Below are positions 16,649 to 25,820 of a stretch of DNA of 32,000 nucleotides, in pieces; position 1 is the first letter of the stretch, and each line of letters begins with the position of its first letter. The notes beneath the pieces are model-generated. The model was not told where the DNA came from, did not search any database, and saw only the letters and a list, made by a program, of their open reading frames with translations. Origin of the DNA: Candidatus Lokiarchaeum ossiferum (lineage in GTDB: Archaea > Asgardarchaeota > Lokiarchaeia > Sigyniarchaeales > Promethearchaeaceae). The position numbers were made by a program, and so were the translations under genes. The stretch lies in assembly GCA_025839675.1 (NCBI GenBank), contig CP104013.1, forward strand, positions 330,001 to 362,000. Direction: 5' to 3'.

Positions 16649-17605
16649 TCATTTAATTTTACATTTTTTTTCCTTTAATTCTTGAAGCCATTTGGAGACT
16701 TCTTCTGATTCAATAGATATTTTATCTTTTCCAAACCAAAAATATCGCAATTTTTCTAAATGAATGAGAGAATCAGGTATTTTTTTTATGGGATTATCTG
16801 CTAATATCAAATTTTGTATTTCAGTCAAATTACCGACCCATTCGGGTATTTTTGTAAGTTCATTTCCGAATAAGTTAAAATCTTGTAAATTTTTTAGAGA
16901 CTTTAAAGAATCGGGCAATTTTTTTATTTTATTTCTAAATAATGATAACTCTATTAGATTTTCAAGCTTCCCTATTTCATTAGGCAAATCTACCAAACAG
17001 TTATCACCGAGAGTCAATTCTTTTAATAAGCTCAGATCACCAATCCAAGTAGGAATTTTTTTAATTTTATTTTTATATAAAACCAATCGAGTTAATTGTG
17101 TCATTGTTTGAAGCCAATCTGGAAGTTGCTCTAAATTCAATCCAAATAAATAAATATGTTCTAATGTTTTAATAGAAGACAACCATTCTGGAATTTCTTG
17201 AAGAGGATTTCCCCCAATATTTAAAGCCTTAAGCTTCTTAACTTTACGAATCCAATTTGGTATTATTTTGAAATAATTATTTTGAATATGGAGTTCAGAA
17301 AATGCTTCTAAGTGCTGCAAATTTGAGGGAATGCTGGATATTTCATTATTGGCGATCCATAAATAATTAAGCGATCGTAATTTTGTAATGGAATCCGGAA
17401 GAATCTTCAATTTTTGATTTTGCAAAGCAAGTGCCAATATACGCCCTTCACGCGCAATAAATCCAAACATATTTCGATTAAAGCGAGAGATTGCAGGAAT
17501 TGGTTTCGAAATAAGCTGCTCAATTTCAAGTAAACATTCGCACTCTTCTTTATGTAGTTCAATATTTTGATAAACTTCGAGATTTTGGGAGTTTTTATCT
17601 ATCAT
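16649..17605 (-). CDS. leucine-rich repeat (LRR) protein, about 10-11 repeats of 23 aa
   Basis: Regular LxxLxLxxNxLxxIPxxI periodicity, for example LKELTLGDNCLVDLPNEIGKLEN and LIELSLFRNKIKKLPDSLKSLKN. No GTPase, kinase or other fused domain. Confidence 0.85.
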   Translation of the reverse strand: MIDKNSQNLEVYQNIELHKEECECLLEIEQLISKPIPAISRFNRNMFGFIAREGRILALALQNQKLKILPDSITKLRSLNYLWIANNEISSIPSNLQHLEAFSELHIQNNYFKIIPNWIRKVKKLKALNIGGNPLQEIPEWLSSIKTLEHIYLFGLNLEQLPDWLQTMTQLTRLVLYKNKIKKIPTWIGDLSLLKELTLGDNCLVDLPNEIGKLENLIELSLFRNKIKKLPDSLKSLKNLQDFNLFGNELTKIPEWVGNLTEIQNLILADNPIKKIPDSLIHLEKLRYFWFGKDKISIESEEVSKWLQELKEKKCKIK

Positions 17606-17657
17606 TTAAATTCACCAATCAATAGAGAAAAAAAATCAAAAAATGATACTTAAGTGC

Positions 17658-18320
17658 TTAAAAATCATCATTATCTAGCATTAAAATACCAATCATAGCA
17701 AAAATGGAGACAATTTTTTGTAAAGGTGGTTGAAGATCTTGGTAAATACAGTTATTTGGAGTAGGACATAACACACCTCGCAGAATGGCTAATATCATAT
17801 ATCCAAGCAACAAGATGCATAAAAAGATCAAGAATATTTGATCATAATCGATTTTTTTCCCTTCTAATCTATCTTTTTGTTTTCGTTGTACTCTTAGGAA
17901 TTGGCAGAAAATACAATAGATATAGAGACCCAATACAAAAATCATCGCACCAATCCGATGAATCATTGAGTATTTTTCAATGTTATATGGAAAACATGTC
18001 CCAATTGCACCTAAAAACATGGCATCTAGTGAAATTCCCTTCATTACATTCAATTTAGCCCTATTTTGCTTGGCAAAATATTCAAAGGACATTATAAGTC
18101 CAATTAGCCCCATTAGAATAAAACCTATAACAAAAATTAATCTCGATGTGGAATTATCACTACCTAAGATAGTAATAGTTGGTCCCAATTCGCTGATAAA
18201 GAATGTGAAGAACTTATAATCATCTGGATAAAAAATAATGGCTAAGCTTATGGTTGCAACAAATATAACCATTAAAATATAAATCATAGTTTTAATTTTT
18301 TTGACATTTACTACAGACAT
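17658..18320 (-). CDS. polytopic membrane protein of unknown function (about 6 TM)
   Basis: 220 aa and hydrophobic. The FFISELGP motif after TM1 is reminiscent of DUF998/Frag1-DRAM-Sfk1-type membrane proteins (weak recollection only). Confidence 0.55.
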   Translation of the reverse strand: MSVVNVKKIKTMIYILMVIFVATISLAIIFYPDDYKFFTFFISELGPTITILGSDNSTSRLIFVIGFILMGLIGLIMSFEYFAKQNRAKLNVMKGISLDAMFLGAIGTCFPYNIEKYSMIHRIGAMIFVLGLYIYCIFCQFLRVQRKQKDRLEGKKIDYDQIFLIFLCILLLGYMILAILRGVLCPTPNNCIYQDLQPPLQKIVSIFAMIGILMLDNDDF

Positions 18321-18631
18321 AATGTATTACTCCTATAAAAAATTGAATCAGTAAAAATATCTTAGTCAAAAAGCTTTAAAATTGTTTCTCAGTCAAATAA
18401 ATTAACCTAAACATTTGCATTTTTAGTATCCTCCCTAAAAAATTCTACAATTTTTTTTTTAAAGATATAGAACTTATGATTTTCCCTAACAGATCCATCG
18501 ACTCAAAATATGATTCTTGAATTGTAATTTAACCTGTATATTAGATAGTTGTTCTGGGGCCTGTCTATAATTTAGCTCAGAAGAGCCTTTGAAAAATTTG
18601 GACATTAAAAATAAATAATAAAAAAATAAAA

Positions 18632-19498
18632 CTAGAAACGTTTAGAATCAATTAACTTTTGTAACTTCCCAAAATCTAAGGTTCTTTCATATAAGGGGGA
18701 AGAATTATGTTTATAGGCAGAACTTTCTTCAACGAAGGTTCGTTTATTCGTATTTTGATAAAAAATACCTGTGGGGTATTTTCCAGTTTCTAATGCTCTC
18801 GCAAAAGCCATCTGTTGATTTGATTTATCATGAGATGATTCGAGTTCGTAAGTATTTTCTTTATACCACTTGAAAGTATTAATTTTATTCATAGAAACAC
18901 ATGGTACAAAAGAATCTATCAAAGCATAGCCTTTATGCTGGATTGCTTGCTTTATGACTTCCTTAGTTTGTTCCATATTCCCTGCAAACACGCGAGCGAC
19001 AAATGTTGCACCCATTGCAATTGCTACTGCTAATGGATTAAATGGTTCATTAGTTACCCCATTAACTTGAACGGGAGTAACTAATCCTTTTGGACTAGTC
19101 GGCGAAGCTTGTCCTTTTGTTAGCCCATAGATCATGTTATTATGCACGATTTGCACAATATTAGAATTTCGTGCCATTTGAGCTAAAAAGTGGTTTCCTC
19201 CTTCCCCATAGGAACAGCCATCGCCTGAATCAACGATTACAGTCAAATTTGGATTGCAAGCTTTTACAGCCATGGCTGCAGGTAAAGCGCGTCCATGTAA
19301 TCCATTAAACATATGTCCTTTCGTATATTGAGGGAGTTTAGCGGCTTGTCCAATACCCGATACAAATACAAGGTTATCATTAGGAATCTCAAGATCTGCT
19401 AAAGCTTGTCGTAATACTTTTTGAAGTGTAAAGTGACCACACCCGGGACACCATGCTTTTTCATGGGGCATATCATAATCTTTTTCAGTTAAAGTCAA
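18632..19498 (-). CDS. 2-oxoacid:ferredoxin oxidoreductase, beta (TPP-binding) subunit
   Basis: WCPGCGH near the N-terminus and the TPP-binding motif SGDGCSYGEGGNHF. It abuts the alpha-subunit stop (1-nt gap). TTG start at 19498, or an internal ATG (DMPHEK). Confidence 0.9.
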   Translation of the reverse strand: MTLTEKDYDMPHEKAWCPGCGHFTLQKVLRQALADLEIPNDNLVFVSGIGQAAKLPQYTKGHMFNGLHGRALPAAMAVKACNPNLTVIVDSGDGCSYGEGGNHFLAQMARNSNIVQIVHNNMIYGLTKGQASPTSPKGLVTPVQVNGVTNEPFNPLAVAIAMGATFVARVFAGNMEQTKEVIKQAIQHKGYALIDSFVPCVSMNKINTFKWYKENTYELESSHDKSNQQMAFARALETGKYPTGIFYQNTNKRTFVEESSAYKHNSSPLYERTLDFGKLQKLIDSKRF

Positions 19499-19499
19499 A

Positions 19500-21224
19500 T
19501 TAATTGGCCTCCTTTTTAATAATATGAGTTATTTCTTCTACAGAATACGGTTTACCTGTATATCGTAGAAATTGTTGCTCTTTTGGTATTGAAATATCTG
19601 CATGGAGTTTTAATATATTTGCAAACTGACCAGTGGCATTATTTTCAAGGATTACAATTTTTTTTGGTTTCTGTAATAATTTTGTTGTTTCTGCAGGCAA
19701 CGGATATAGTTGATGGAAATGTACTAAAGAAATGTTCTGATCATTCAATTTTTCTATAGCTTCTTTCACAACATGATAATTAGATCCCCAACAAAGGAAA
19801 GCAACTGAATTATCGAGATTTCCCTCAATCGTTGGCAACTCTGCAACTGCTTGAATTAAATCAAAGCGTTTGAATAGCCTTTTTTCCATCATTTTCGGCC
19901 GAATATACTCCATATCTTCAGTAATATGTCCATTTTCATCATGTTCATCGGAATCCGCACGAATTAATCCCGTCCCAAACCCTGGAACTCCCCGTGGACT
20001 AATACCGGACTCCGTAAACTTATATCGCTGATAATTATCCTGAGTTTCAACGATATTTTTATCAATTTGTAAATGAGAAATATCCAAACTTGGTATATTA
20101 TAATAAGCATCTACAAAATCTTGGTCAGTTAAGACAAATACTGGGACTTGGAATTTATCTGCTAAATTGAATGCTTTTTGGGTTAAGTAAAATGCTTGCT
20201 GAATTGAACCAGGTGCAAAAATTATTCGTTGGAATTCACCATGACCGGCATATAAAGCCAAATTCAAATCTTCTTGAGCAGTACGTGTAGGTAAACCAGT
20301 AGCAGGTCCAGGACGTTGTGCGATATGGATGACTAATGGACTCTCCATAATTCCCGCTAAAGATACACCTTCGGTCATTAGAGCAAATCCACCTCCAGAA
20401 GTGGAAGCAATTGCCCGTGCACCCGCATACCACGCAGCAACAGTTTTATTTATTGCGGCAATTTCATCTTCAGCTTGATCTACAACAATTTCAAACTCAT
20501 TGGAATTAGCTGCCAAAAATTGTAAGACTCCAGTGCTTGGTGACATGGGATAAGCTGAAATGAAATTACATCCGCCTGCAATCGCACCTAACGCGACAGC
20601 TTGATTACCATTGAATAATATTTCATTTTCTACTTCCGAATTTTTCTCAAGATTAATTTCAATAACTTTGTCCTTTAACATTTGAGTTCCAAGATCAAAA
20701 CCCTTATTGAAAGCAAGAATATTTTGAGTTATTATTTTTTCTCCTTTCTTTTGAAATCGTTCCTTCAAATATTTCTCTGCAATTATTGGGTTTGCATTGA
20801 AAATCCCAACGATTACACCCGTCGCGACCACATTTGAGTAAATTTTACTTCCAAATTCAGATGCAATATTGTTGAAAGGAATTTCATGAGTATTGTTTTT
20901 ATTCTTAATTAATTCTGAATTAATATTTGAGGGATCCGCAAAAATCACGGTTTCTTTACTGATCCGCGAATTTAAGTGGTTAAAAACGGCTTTAGACAAT
21001 GGAATTAAAATATCGATCCGTTGAACATAGGCTGCGACTCGATGCGAAGAAATTCTCAATTCTGTTGAATTAGTTCCTCCTCGAACTCGACTTTCATATT
21101 CTTTTGTAGCAAAAATATGATACCCGCTCATTTTTAATATCCCCACCAGCATCTCTTCGACTGTTTTAACACCTTGTCCCGCTGCACCAGATATTACGAT
21201 TGAATAATCTTTCACTTTGATCAA
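19500..21224 (-). CDS. 2-oxoacid:ferredoxin oxidoreductase, alpha subunit (gamma-alpha fusion type)
   Basis: The N-terminal gamma-like domain (IVISGAAGQGV) is followed by the alpha domain (GCNFISAYPMSPST, TSGGGFALMTE). TTG start at 21224. Substrate (2-oxoglutarate, pyruvate or branched-chain) cannot be assigned from sequence alone. Confidence 0.9.
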   Translation of the reverse strand: MIKVKDYSIVISGAAGQGVKTVEEMLVGILKMSGYHIFATKEYESRVRGGTNSTELRISSHRVAAYVQRIDILIPLSKAVFNHLNSRISKETVIFADPSNINSELIKNKNNTHEIPFNNIASEFGSKIYSNVVATGVIVGIFNANPIIAEKYLKERFQKKGEKIITQNILAFNKGFDLGTQMLKDKVIEINLEKNSEVENEILFNGNQAVALGAIAGGCNFISAYPMSPSTGVLQFLAANSNEFEIVVDQAEDEIAAINKTVAAWYAGARAIASTSGGGFALMTEGVSLAGIMESPLVIHIAQRPGPATGLPTRTAQEDLNLALYAGHGEFQRIIFAPGSIQQAFYLTQKAFNLADKFQVPVFVLTDQDFVDAYYNIPSLDISHLQIDKNIVETQDNYQRYKFTESGISPRGVPGFGTGLIRADSDEHDENGHITEDMEYIRPKMMEKRLFKRFDLIQAVAELPTIEGNLDNSVAFLCWGSNYHVVKEAIEKLNDQNISLVHFHQLYPLPAETTKLLQKPKKIVILENNATGQFANILKLHADISIPKEQQFLRYTGKPYSVEEITHIIKKEAN

Positions 21225-21348
21225 CTTAATCTTTTATTAGTAAAATGACCTAAATAGTCTGTGATTTATTTTGAATGCAATTCTTATAAAAGGCTCGTTA
21301 TAAAATAAAAGAAAAAATCGATGAAGAAACTAAACTTCATATCCTTAA

Positions 21349-21468
21349 TTAAATACGTTCAAAATCATCTGGATCGGTAGCTCCACAAACGGGACATTGT
21401 TCAGGTGGATCTTCTGTTTCTATTCGTGATTTCCATCCACAAACGGTACATCGCCAATAACTTTTCAT
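21349..21468 (-). CDS. 39-aa rubredoxin-like zinc-ribbon protein (not in ORF track)
   Basis: The reverse strand reads MKSYWRCTVCGWKSRIETEDPPEQCPVCGATDPDDFERI, with two CxxCG knuckles and ATG/TAA bounds. A hairpin plus T-run follows it, and it lies 124 nt upstream of the OFOR alpha gene. Confidence 0.55.
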   Translation of the reverse strand: MKSYWRCTVCGWKSRIETEDPPEQCPVCGATDPDDFERI

Positions 21469-22318
21469 TTTTTTTAATCACCTTATTCTGATTCTTATTA
21501 GATTCGCAATTTGTTTTAGAATATTAACTTTTTTCTTTGATTTTTAAAGATTTTCATTTAACTCTAAAAACAGTATTTTAAAGAATCTAAAATCAATTTT
21601 GAATTCATCTGGTATATGTTTTTTAGTTTTTTTTTAACAGAGAAACTAATTAGAGGGTCAAGAATAACATCCAGATTGATTTTGATGGTTTTACGAAATT
21701 CTTGATTATAATCCAGAATTTTATAAAAATTCTAATATTATCTTCTGAAAAATCCACTTTTGGATTTTCCTCAATCGATTCATAGTGAAATGGATCATTT
21801 TAAGTTTTTTTTTTACCATAAGTCGAGAAAATATGATCATTTAACTGGGAGTATGGATCGGAGACAATCCATATTGCATTTAAATATGCAGACTAGTTTG
21901 TTGTAAATTATTTAATATATAAGGAAATGAGATGAAAATACGAAGGTTTTAATATTTAACTTGACTTAATTAATATAAGAAAATATTACTACTTTAAAAC
22001 AACATCAAACAAACATTTATCAGCATTAGGTAATATTTATTTAAGAGTTGAATTATATGATACAAGAAAACTGGATTTTGGAAGAATTAGAACGTTATGA
22101 TCAATCTCTGCTTGATCAACAAAGTGAAAATGCAATTAGAAGACAAGTAAACCACGAATCATTGTTAACCTCTAAAAAAAACGCTCATGCTTATAGAGGA
22201 TAATCCTTTTTTTCTCAAAATTAAACCAAGTTTATCATTATTTTATATAGTAATTTTTAAAGTACTGTCCAAAGTTAAATCTAGCCGATAGTCAAATAAA
22301 TTCATTTTTCAATCTAGA

Positions 22319-22957
22319 TCATTCAGGATTTTGTTTTAATAATGACCAGAAATCATGAAACCCAATTAGGTACACTGTTATTAGTACCGATGAAATGATA
22401 AACAGAATCGGATTAACTAGCCATAATAGGGTGGCAATCATAAAAAATAATCCTCTCACGCCTAGCATCCAATGATTTTGGGCAGAAATAAATGTTCTTT
22501 TAGCTATATTAATTCCCTCAATTTTTTTTATCGAGTATTTGCGGGGATTTCCAGTTATTAACAATGATAATCGAGTTATGAATCTCAATGATAAAATGAA
22601 ATTTACTAAACAATAAGAAATTACAACAATAATGCTGCTAATTTGAACTAATCCTGTGGTTAAACTATTAAATATAACTGTTTCATCCAGAAAACCCCCA
22701 GAATAGAAGCCAACAAGTAAACCTAAAAGAATAAAAAGTGCTGAAATAAAAGAAGAATTTCCCATCATAAAATTTCTCAATGCTTGAACGCCGGTTAATA
22801 CAGAATCGTCATTTAGACGTTCTTCAACCCAATTTGCATAAATTAATCTCATGACATTTCTCTGCGATGGATTTCTCTTGATTTTGTTTAAATAAAAAAA
22901 AACAAAATAAGTTGCGATACAAACAATAAATGTAATTATGGCAAGTTCATGTATCAT
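22319..22957 (-). CDS. integral membrane protein of unknown function (about 4-5 TM)
   Basis: 212-aa hydrophobic ORF with no recognisable catalytic motif. Confidence 0.55.
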   Translation of the reverse strand: MIHELAIITFIVCIATYFVFFYLNKIKRNPSQRNVMRLIYANWVEERLNDDSVLTGVQALRNFMMGNSSFISALFILLGLLVGFYSGGFLDETVIFNSLTTGLVQISSIIVVISYCLVNFILSLRFITRLSLLITGNPRKYSIKKIEGINIAKRTFISAQNHWMLGVRGLFFMIATLLWLVNPILFIISSVLITVYLIGFHDFWSLLKQNPE

Positions 22958-23008
22958 TTCAATCCCTAATGTACATTTCAGTTATCAGATTTCTCAATTC
23001 TTTTTGAG

Positions 23009-24091
23009 TTAATTGTATCCAAATATGCTTCTCCATGCAATCATCCCTCCTTCAAGCACAATTGGATTTTTAAACCCAACTTGTTTCAATATTTGAGCAG
23101 CTGTTGAAGCTCTTCCACCAGATCGACAAATAATCACAATATCATCTTGCTTATATTTATCAAGAGCATCGACATTTGAAATTAGCTTCACAATTGGAAT
23201 ATTTTCAACCCCATCAATATGTTTTAATTCAGTTTTTAATTCGATAGGCTCTCGAACATCAAGTAGGACTAATTTTTCATTGCTATCCATCCGTTTTTTT
23301 AAAGTTAAAGGATCAATAGTTGAAAAAAGTTGGTCATTCACCCCTTTACCCATTGTGCCTTTAATTTCACATGCAGGAGAATCAACTGGAATCCAAGCAG
23401 CTTGCGGATCTCGAGCACAATTATAATTTGCTTTTAGAACATCCTTCATCCAATCAGCGGGACCAAGTTTCAAATCGGTCAAATAATTAATGAACTGGGA
23501 TTTGGTTCTCGGTTTTAAGTGAGGATTGGTTATCTTTTGTCTTTTTAGACTTGAGGGTTCTCGATTTCGATAATCATGGGCGGGATATACAATAATATCT
23601 TCAGGTAAATGGAGAAATTTTTGTAAACTCTCCCAATGTGCTCCAGGATCTCCACCCGGAAGATCATCGCGTCCAGCACCTCCATCATCTAAAAATAAAG
23701 CATCCCCAGTGAGAATTTTTCCAGGAATTAGATAAGAAACCGAATCTTGAGTATGTCCAGGTGTTTCAATGATCTCAATTGGAATACCATTTATATGTAA
23801 AACATCCCCATGTTTAACTCTAGTGGACGGACACTTCGCAGGAGCAGAGGAGTGCATAATCAATTCTGCATCGGTAATATCCTTCAAAGCTGCTGCTCCA
23901 GAGATATGATCTGCATGAGTATGCGTTTCTAAAATATGAGTTAAGTGAAGATTATCCTTTTTAAGGAGCTCATCATAAGATTTTAAATGGTCTAATAAAG
24001 GATCTACAATTATGGCTTCTTTTGCCCCTTCCATCCTAAATAAATACGTTTTACAAGCATGTGGATTTAATTGATCAAATATTATGTTCAT
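23009..24091 (-). CDS. MBL-fold metallo-hydrolase (glyoxalase II / persulfide dioxygenase-like) fused to a C-terminal rhodanese domain
   Basis: HTHADHISG metal motif, downstream His/Asp ligands (PGHTQDS, TGDALF, AHDY) and a C-terminal rhodanese active-site loop ICRSGGRAS. Confidence 0.85.
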   Translation of the reverse strand: MNIIFDQLNPHACKTYLFRMEGAKEAIIVDPLLDHLKSYDELLKKDNLHLTHILETHTHADHISGAAALKDITDAELIMHSSAPAKCPSTRVKHGDVLHINGIPIEIIETPGHTQDSVSYLIPGKILTGDALFLDDGGAGRDDLPGGDPGAHWESLQKFLHLPEDIIVYPAHDYRNREPSSLKRQKITNPHLKPRTKSQFINYLTDLKLGPADWMKDVLKANYNCARDPQAAWIPVDSPACEIKGTMGKGVNDQLFSTIDPLTLKKRMDSNEKLVLLDVREPIELKTELKHIDGVENIPIVKLISNVDALDKYKQDDIVIICRSGGRASTAAQILKQVGFKNPIVLEGGMIAWRSIFGYN

Positions 24092-24214
24092 GATTTTATC
24101 TGTTACTCATTTTTAAATTTGATCTTTATATTGATTTCTGTAAAAAAACCATTGTTAATTCGATTTTATAAAAATAGTCAAAATTGAAATTACAAGGTCA
24201 ATTCCAAATGCATT

Positions 24215-24295
24215 ATGGGAAATTCAGAATTGTATGAGGTGATAATTATTGGAGGAGGGATCGCCAGTAAAGGAATAAGAATTGCAATCGCTTAG
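24215..24295 (+). pseudogene. relic of the N-terminus of an FAD/NAD Rossmann-fold oxidoreductase (26 codons, then a stop)
   Basis: MGNSELYEVIIIGGGIASKGIRIAIA* carries the typical beta-strand-GxGxxG/A start of a flavoprotein but ends after 26 codons. No continuation is seen in any frame before the convergent beta-helix gene. Confidence 0.3.
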
Positions 24296-24347
24296 TTAGC
24301 AGACAATATTAAGAAACTTAGAATTATAGAAAATGATTTTAAACTGT

Positions 24348-24406
24348 TTAATGAATATAAAAAACGCCGATATGTGCTAAATTTCAGATGGAATTTAGTT
24401 TGAACT
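24348..24406. repeat. 59-nt direct repeat, copy 1 (covers the last 3 sense codons, the stop and the 3' flank of the beta-helix gene)
   Basis: 50 of 59 positions are identical to 25821-25879 by manual alignment. It contains the small hairpin CTAAATT-N8-AATTTAG. Confidence 0.8.
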
Positions 24407-25621
24407 TATCGATTCCGTAATTGTTTTTTTTTTTTGATTAGTAATAACTATCGCTGAAATTCCTAATGTAGTAAAAATTAACAAAATACTCGGAGCTCCA
24501 GTAATAGATTTTTGTTGAGGTGCAATATAATTAAAATCGAAACTAATTTCAAAGGGAAGGATTGATGGCCAAATATCAGCATTTTTAGAGTGATTAACCT
24601 TATATGGAGATTGCCAAAAACTTCCATTAATATCAGAATATGGATTATAAACTAAGTAATCACCCCAATAATTTCCATGCGTACCATTATCCCAATAATT
24701 TGAACCACGAGATCTATCGAAGGCTTGACCAAGTTCATTATCGAAAATATTATTTGCATAAATATGATTTTCGCTTGTGGTCCCCCATAATTCAATACCT
24801 TTAGCATTTCTTGAAATATTGTTATGATGGGCCGTATTGTTCATCATATCACCAATTCGAAGGCCAATTTTCCCATTGTTTATAATCATGTTGTGATGTA
24901 CGACGGTGTTTGTCATTTCATAAAGATTCATCCCATTCGCTTGATTATTGGCAATATAATTATATTTCACTAATCCATCATAAGATCGATAATAATATAG
25001 CCCAATTTCTGCATTAAAAGATACATTGTTACCGATCAACTCTAAGAATTGATTATTGTAAGAATCCCACCCAAAATTTCGATTATTAGTAATATTACAA
25101 TTAATTATTTGATTATATTTTGTATGAGCAGAAAAAATACCCTTATGATTATAGACTGTGTTACATTGGATTATTTTTACATAATTCGAACGAATTATAG
25201 TGATTCCTGCATCTTGATAGAAATGACCGGAATTGAAGATAGTACAATTCCGAATAATGAGATATTTTTGAACATTCTCAATATAGATTCCAGAACCTTC
25301 TCCATTGGAATCTATCACAAGATTTTCTAAAATATAGGGATTGTTGAGAGTTCCTCGTCCTGATAAATCATCGCAATCTCCAAAATTCTTATTTTCCTTT
25401 AAAGGATCTATATATATCTTATTATGATAGCCAGTTAAATTTAAAGGATTATTCGTTGAAGTTGCACCCATAGGAACCAAGATTGAGTCTTTTTTATTAT
25501 TCGTTAAAAATGGATTCTCAATTTTATCTGAGGATTCATCAATATTGACAAACATTACTCCAATGAAAAGTATAATTACCAGACTTAGGGTTAGCTTATT
25601 GTGAATTCGTGAATATACCAT
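24395..25621 (-). CDS. right-handed parallel beta-helix repeat (NosD/pectate-lyase-like) cell-surface protein with N-terminal signal/anchor and C-terminal TM anchor
   Basis: N-terminal hydrophobic LSLVIILFIGVMFV. Repeated about 22-aa units rich in N/G/I (IIQCNTVYNHKGIF, IINCNITNNRNFGW, LIGNNVSFNAEIGL, YIANNQANGMNL, MIINNGKIGLRI, NNISRNAKGIEL). Many NxS/T sequons. C-terminal ILLIFTTLGISAIVITNQKKK. Confidence 0.75.
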   Translation of the reverse strand: MVYSRIHNKLTLSLVIILFIGVMFVNIDESSDKIENPFLTNNKKDSILVPMGATSTNNPLNLTGYHNKIYIDPLKENKNFGDCDDLSGRGTLNNPYILENLVIDSNGEGSGIYIENVQKYLIIRNCTIFNSGHFYQDAGITIIRSNYVKIIQCNTVYNHKGIFSAHTKYNQIINCNITNNRNFGWDSYNNQFLELIGNNVSFNAEIGLYYYRSYDGLVKYNYIANNQANGMNLYEMTNTVVHHNMIINNGKIGLRIGDMMNNTAHHNNISRNAKGIELWGTTSENHIYANNIFDNELGQAFDRSRGSNYWDNGTHGNYWGDYLVYNPYSDINGSFWQSPYKVNHSKNADIWPSILPFEISFDFNYIAPQQKSITGAPSILLIFTTLGISAIVITNQKKKTITESISSN

Positions 25622-25820
25622 TGTTCATATTGATTAAATTAAATACGAATAAAAATGTTTTGAAAATAAAAAGTATGTATTATTTATAATTAAATCTGTA
25701 ATATTTGATATTAGCGAATTATAATCGGTTTAAATCTAAAAAATGATTGGTTTTATTTTTCATAATATTTTTAGTCCCAAGGATAATTTGAAGTATAATC
25801 AAAAATAGGCTATCAATTAC

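Noticed and set aside
22057-22203. 48-aa ORF MIQENWILEELERYDQSLLDQQSENAIRRQVNHESLLTSKKNAHAYRG in the long non-coding gap
   Set aside because: It has no SD-like sequence, no motifs and no hydrophobic core pattern, and it is short enough to arise by chance. It is noted under the gap finding but not called as a gene.
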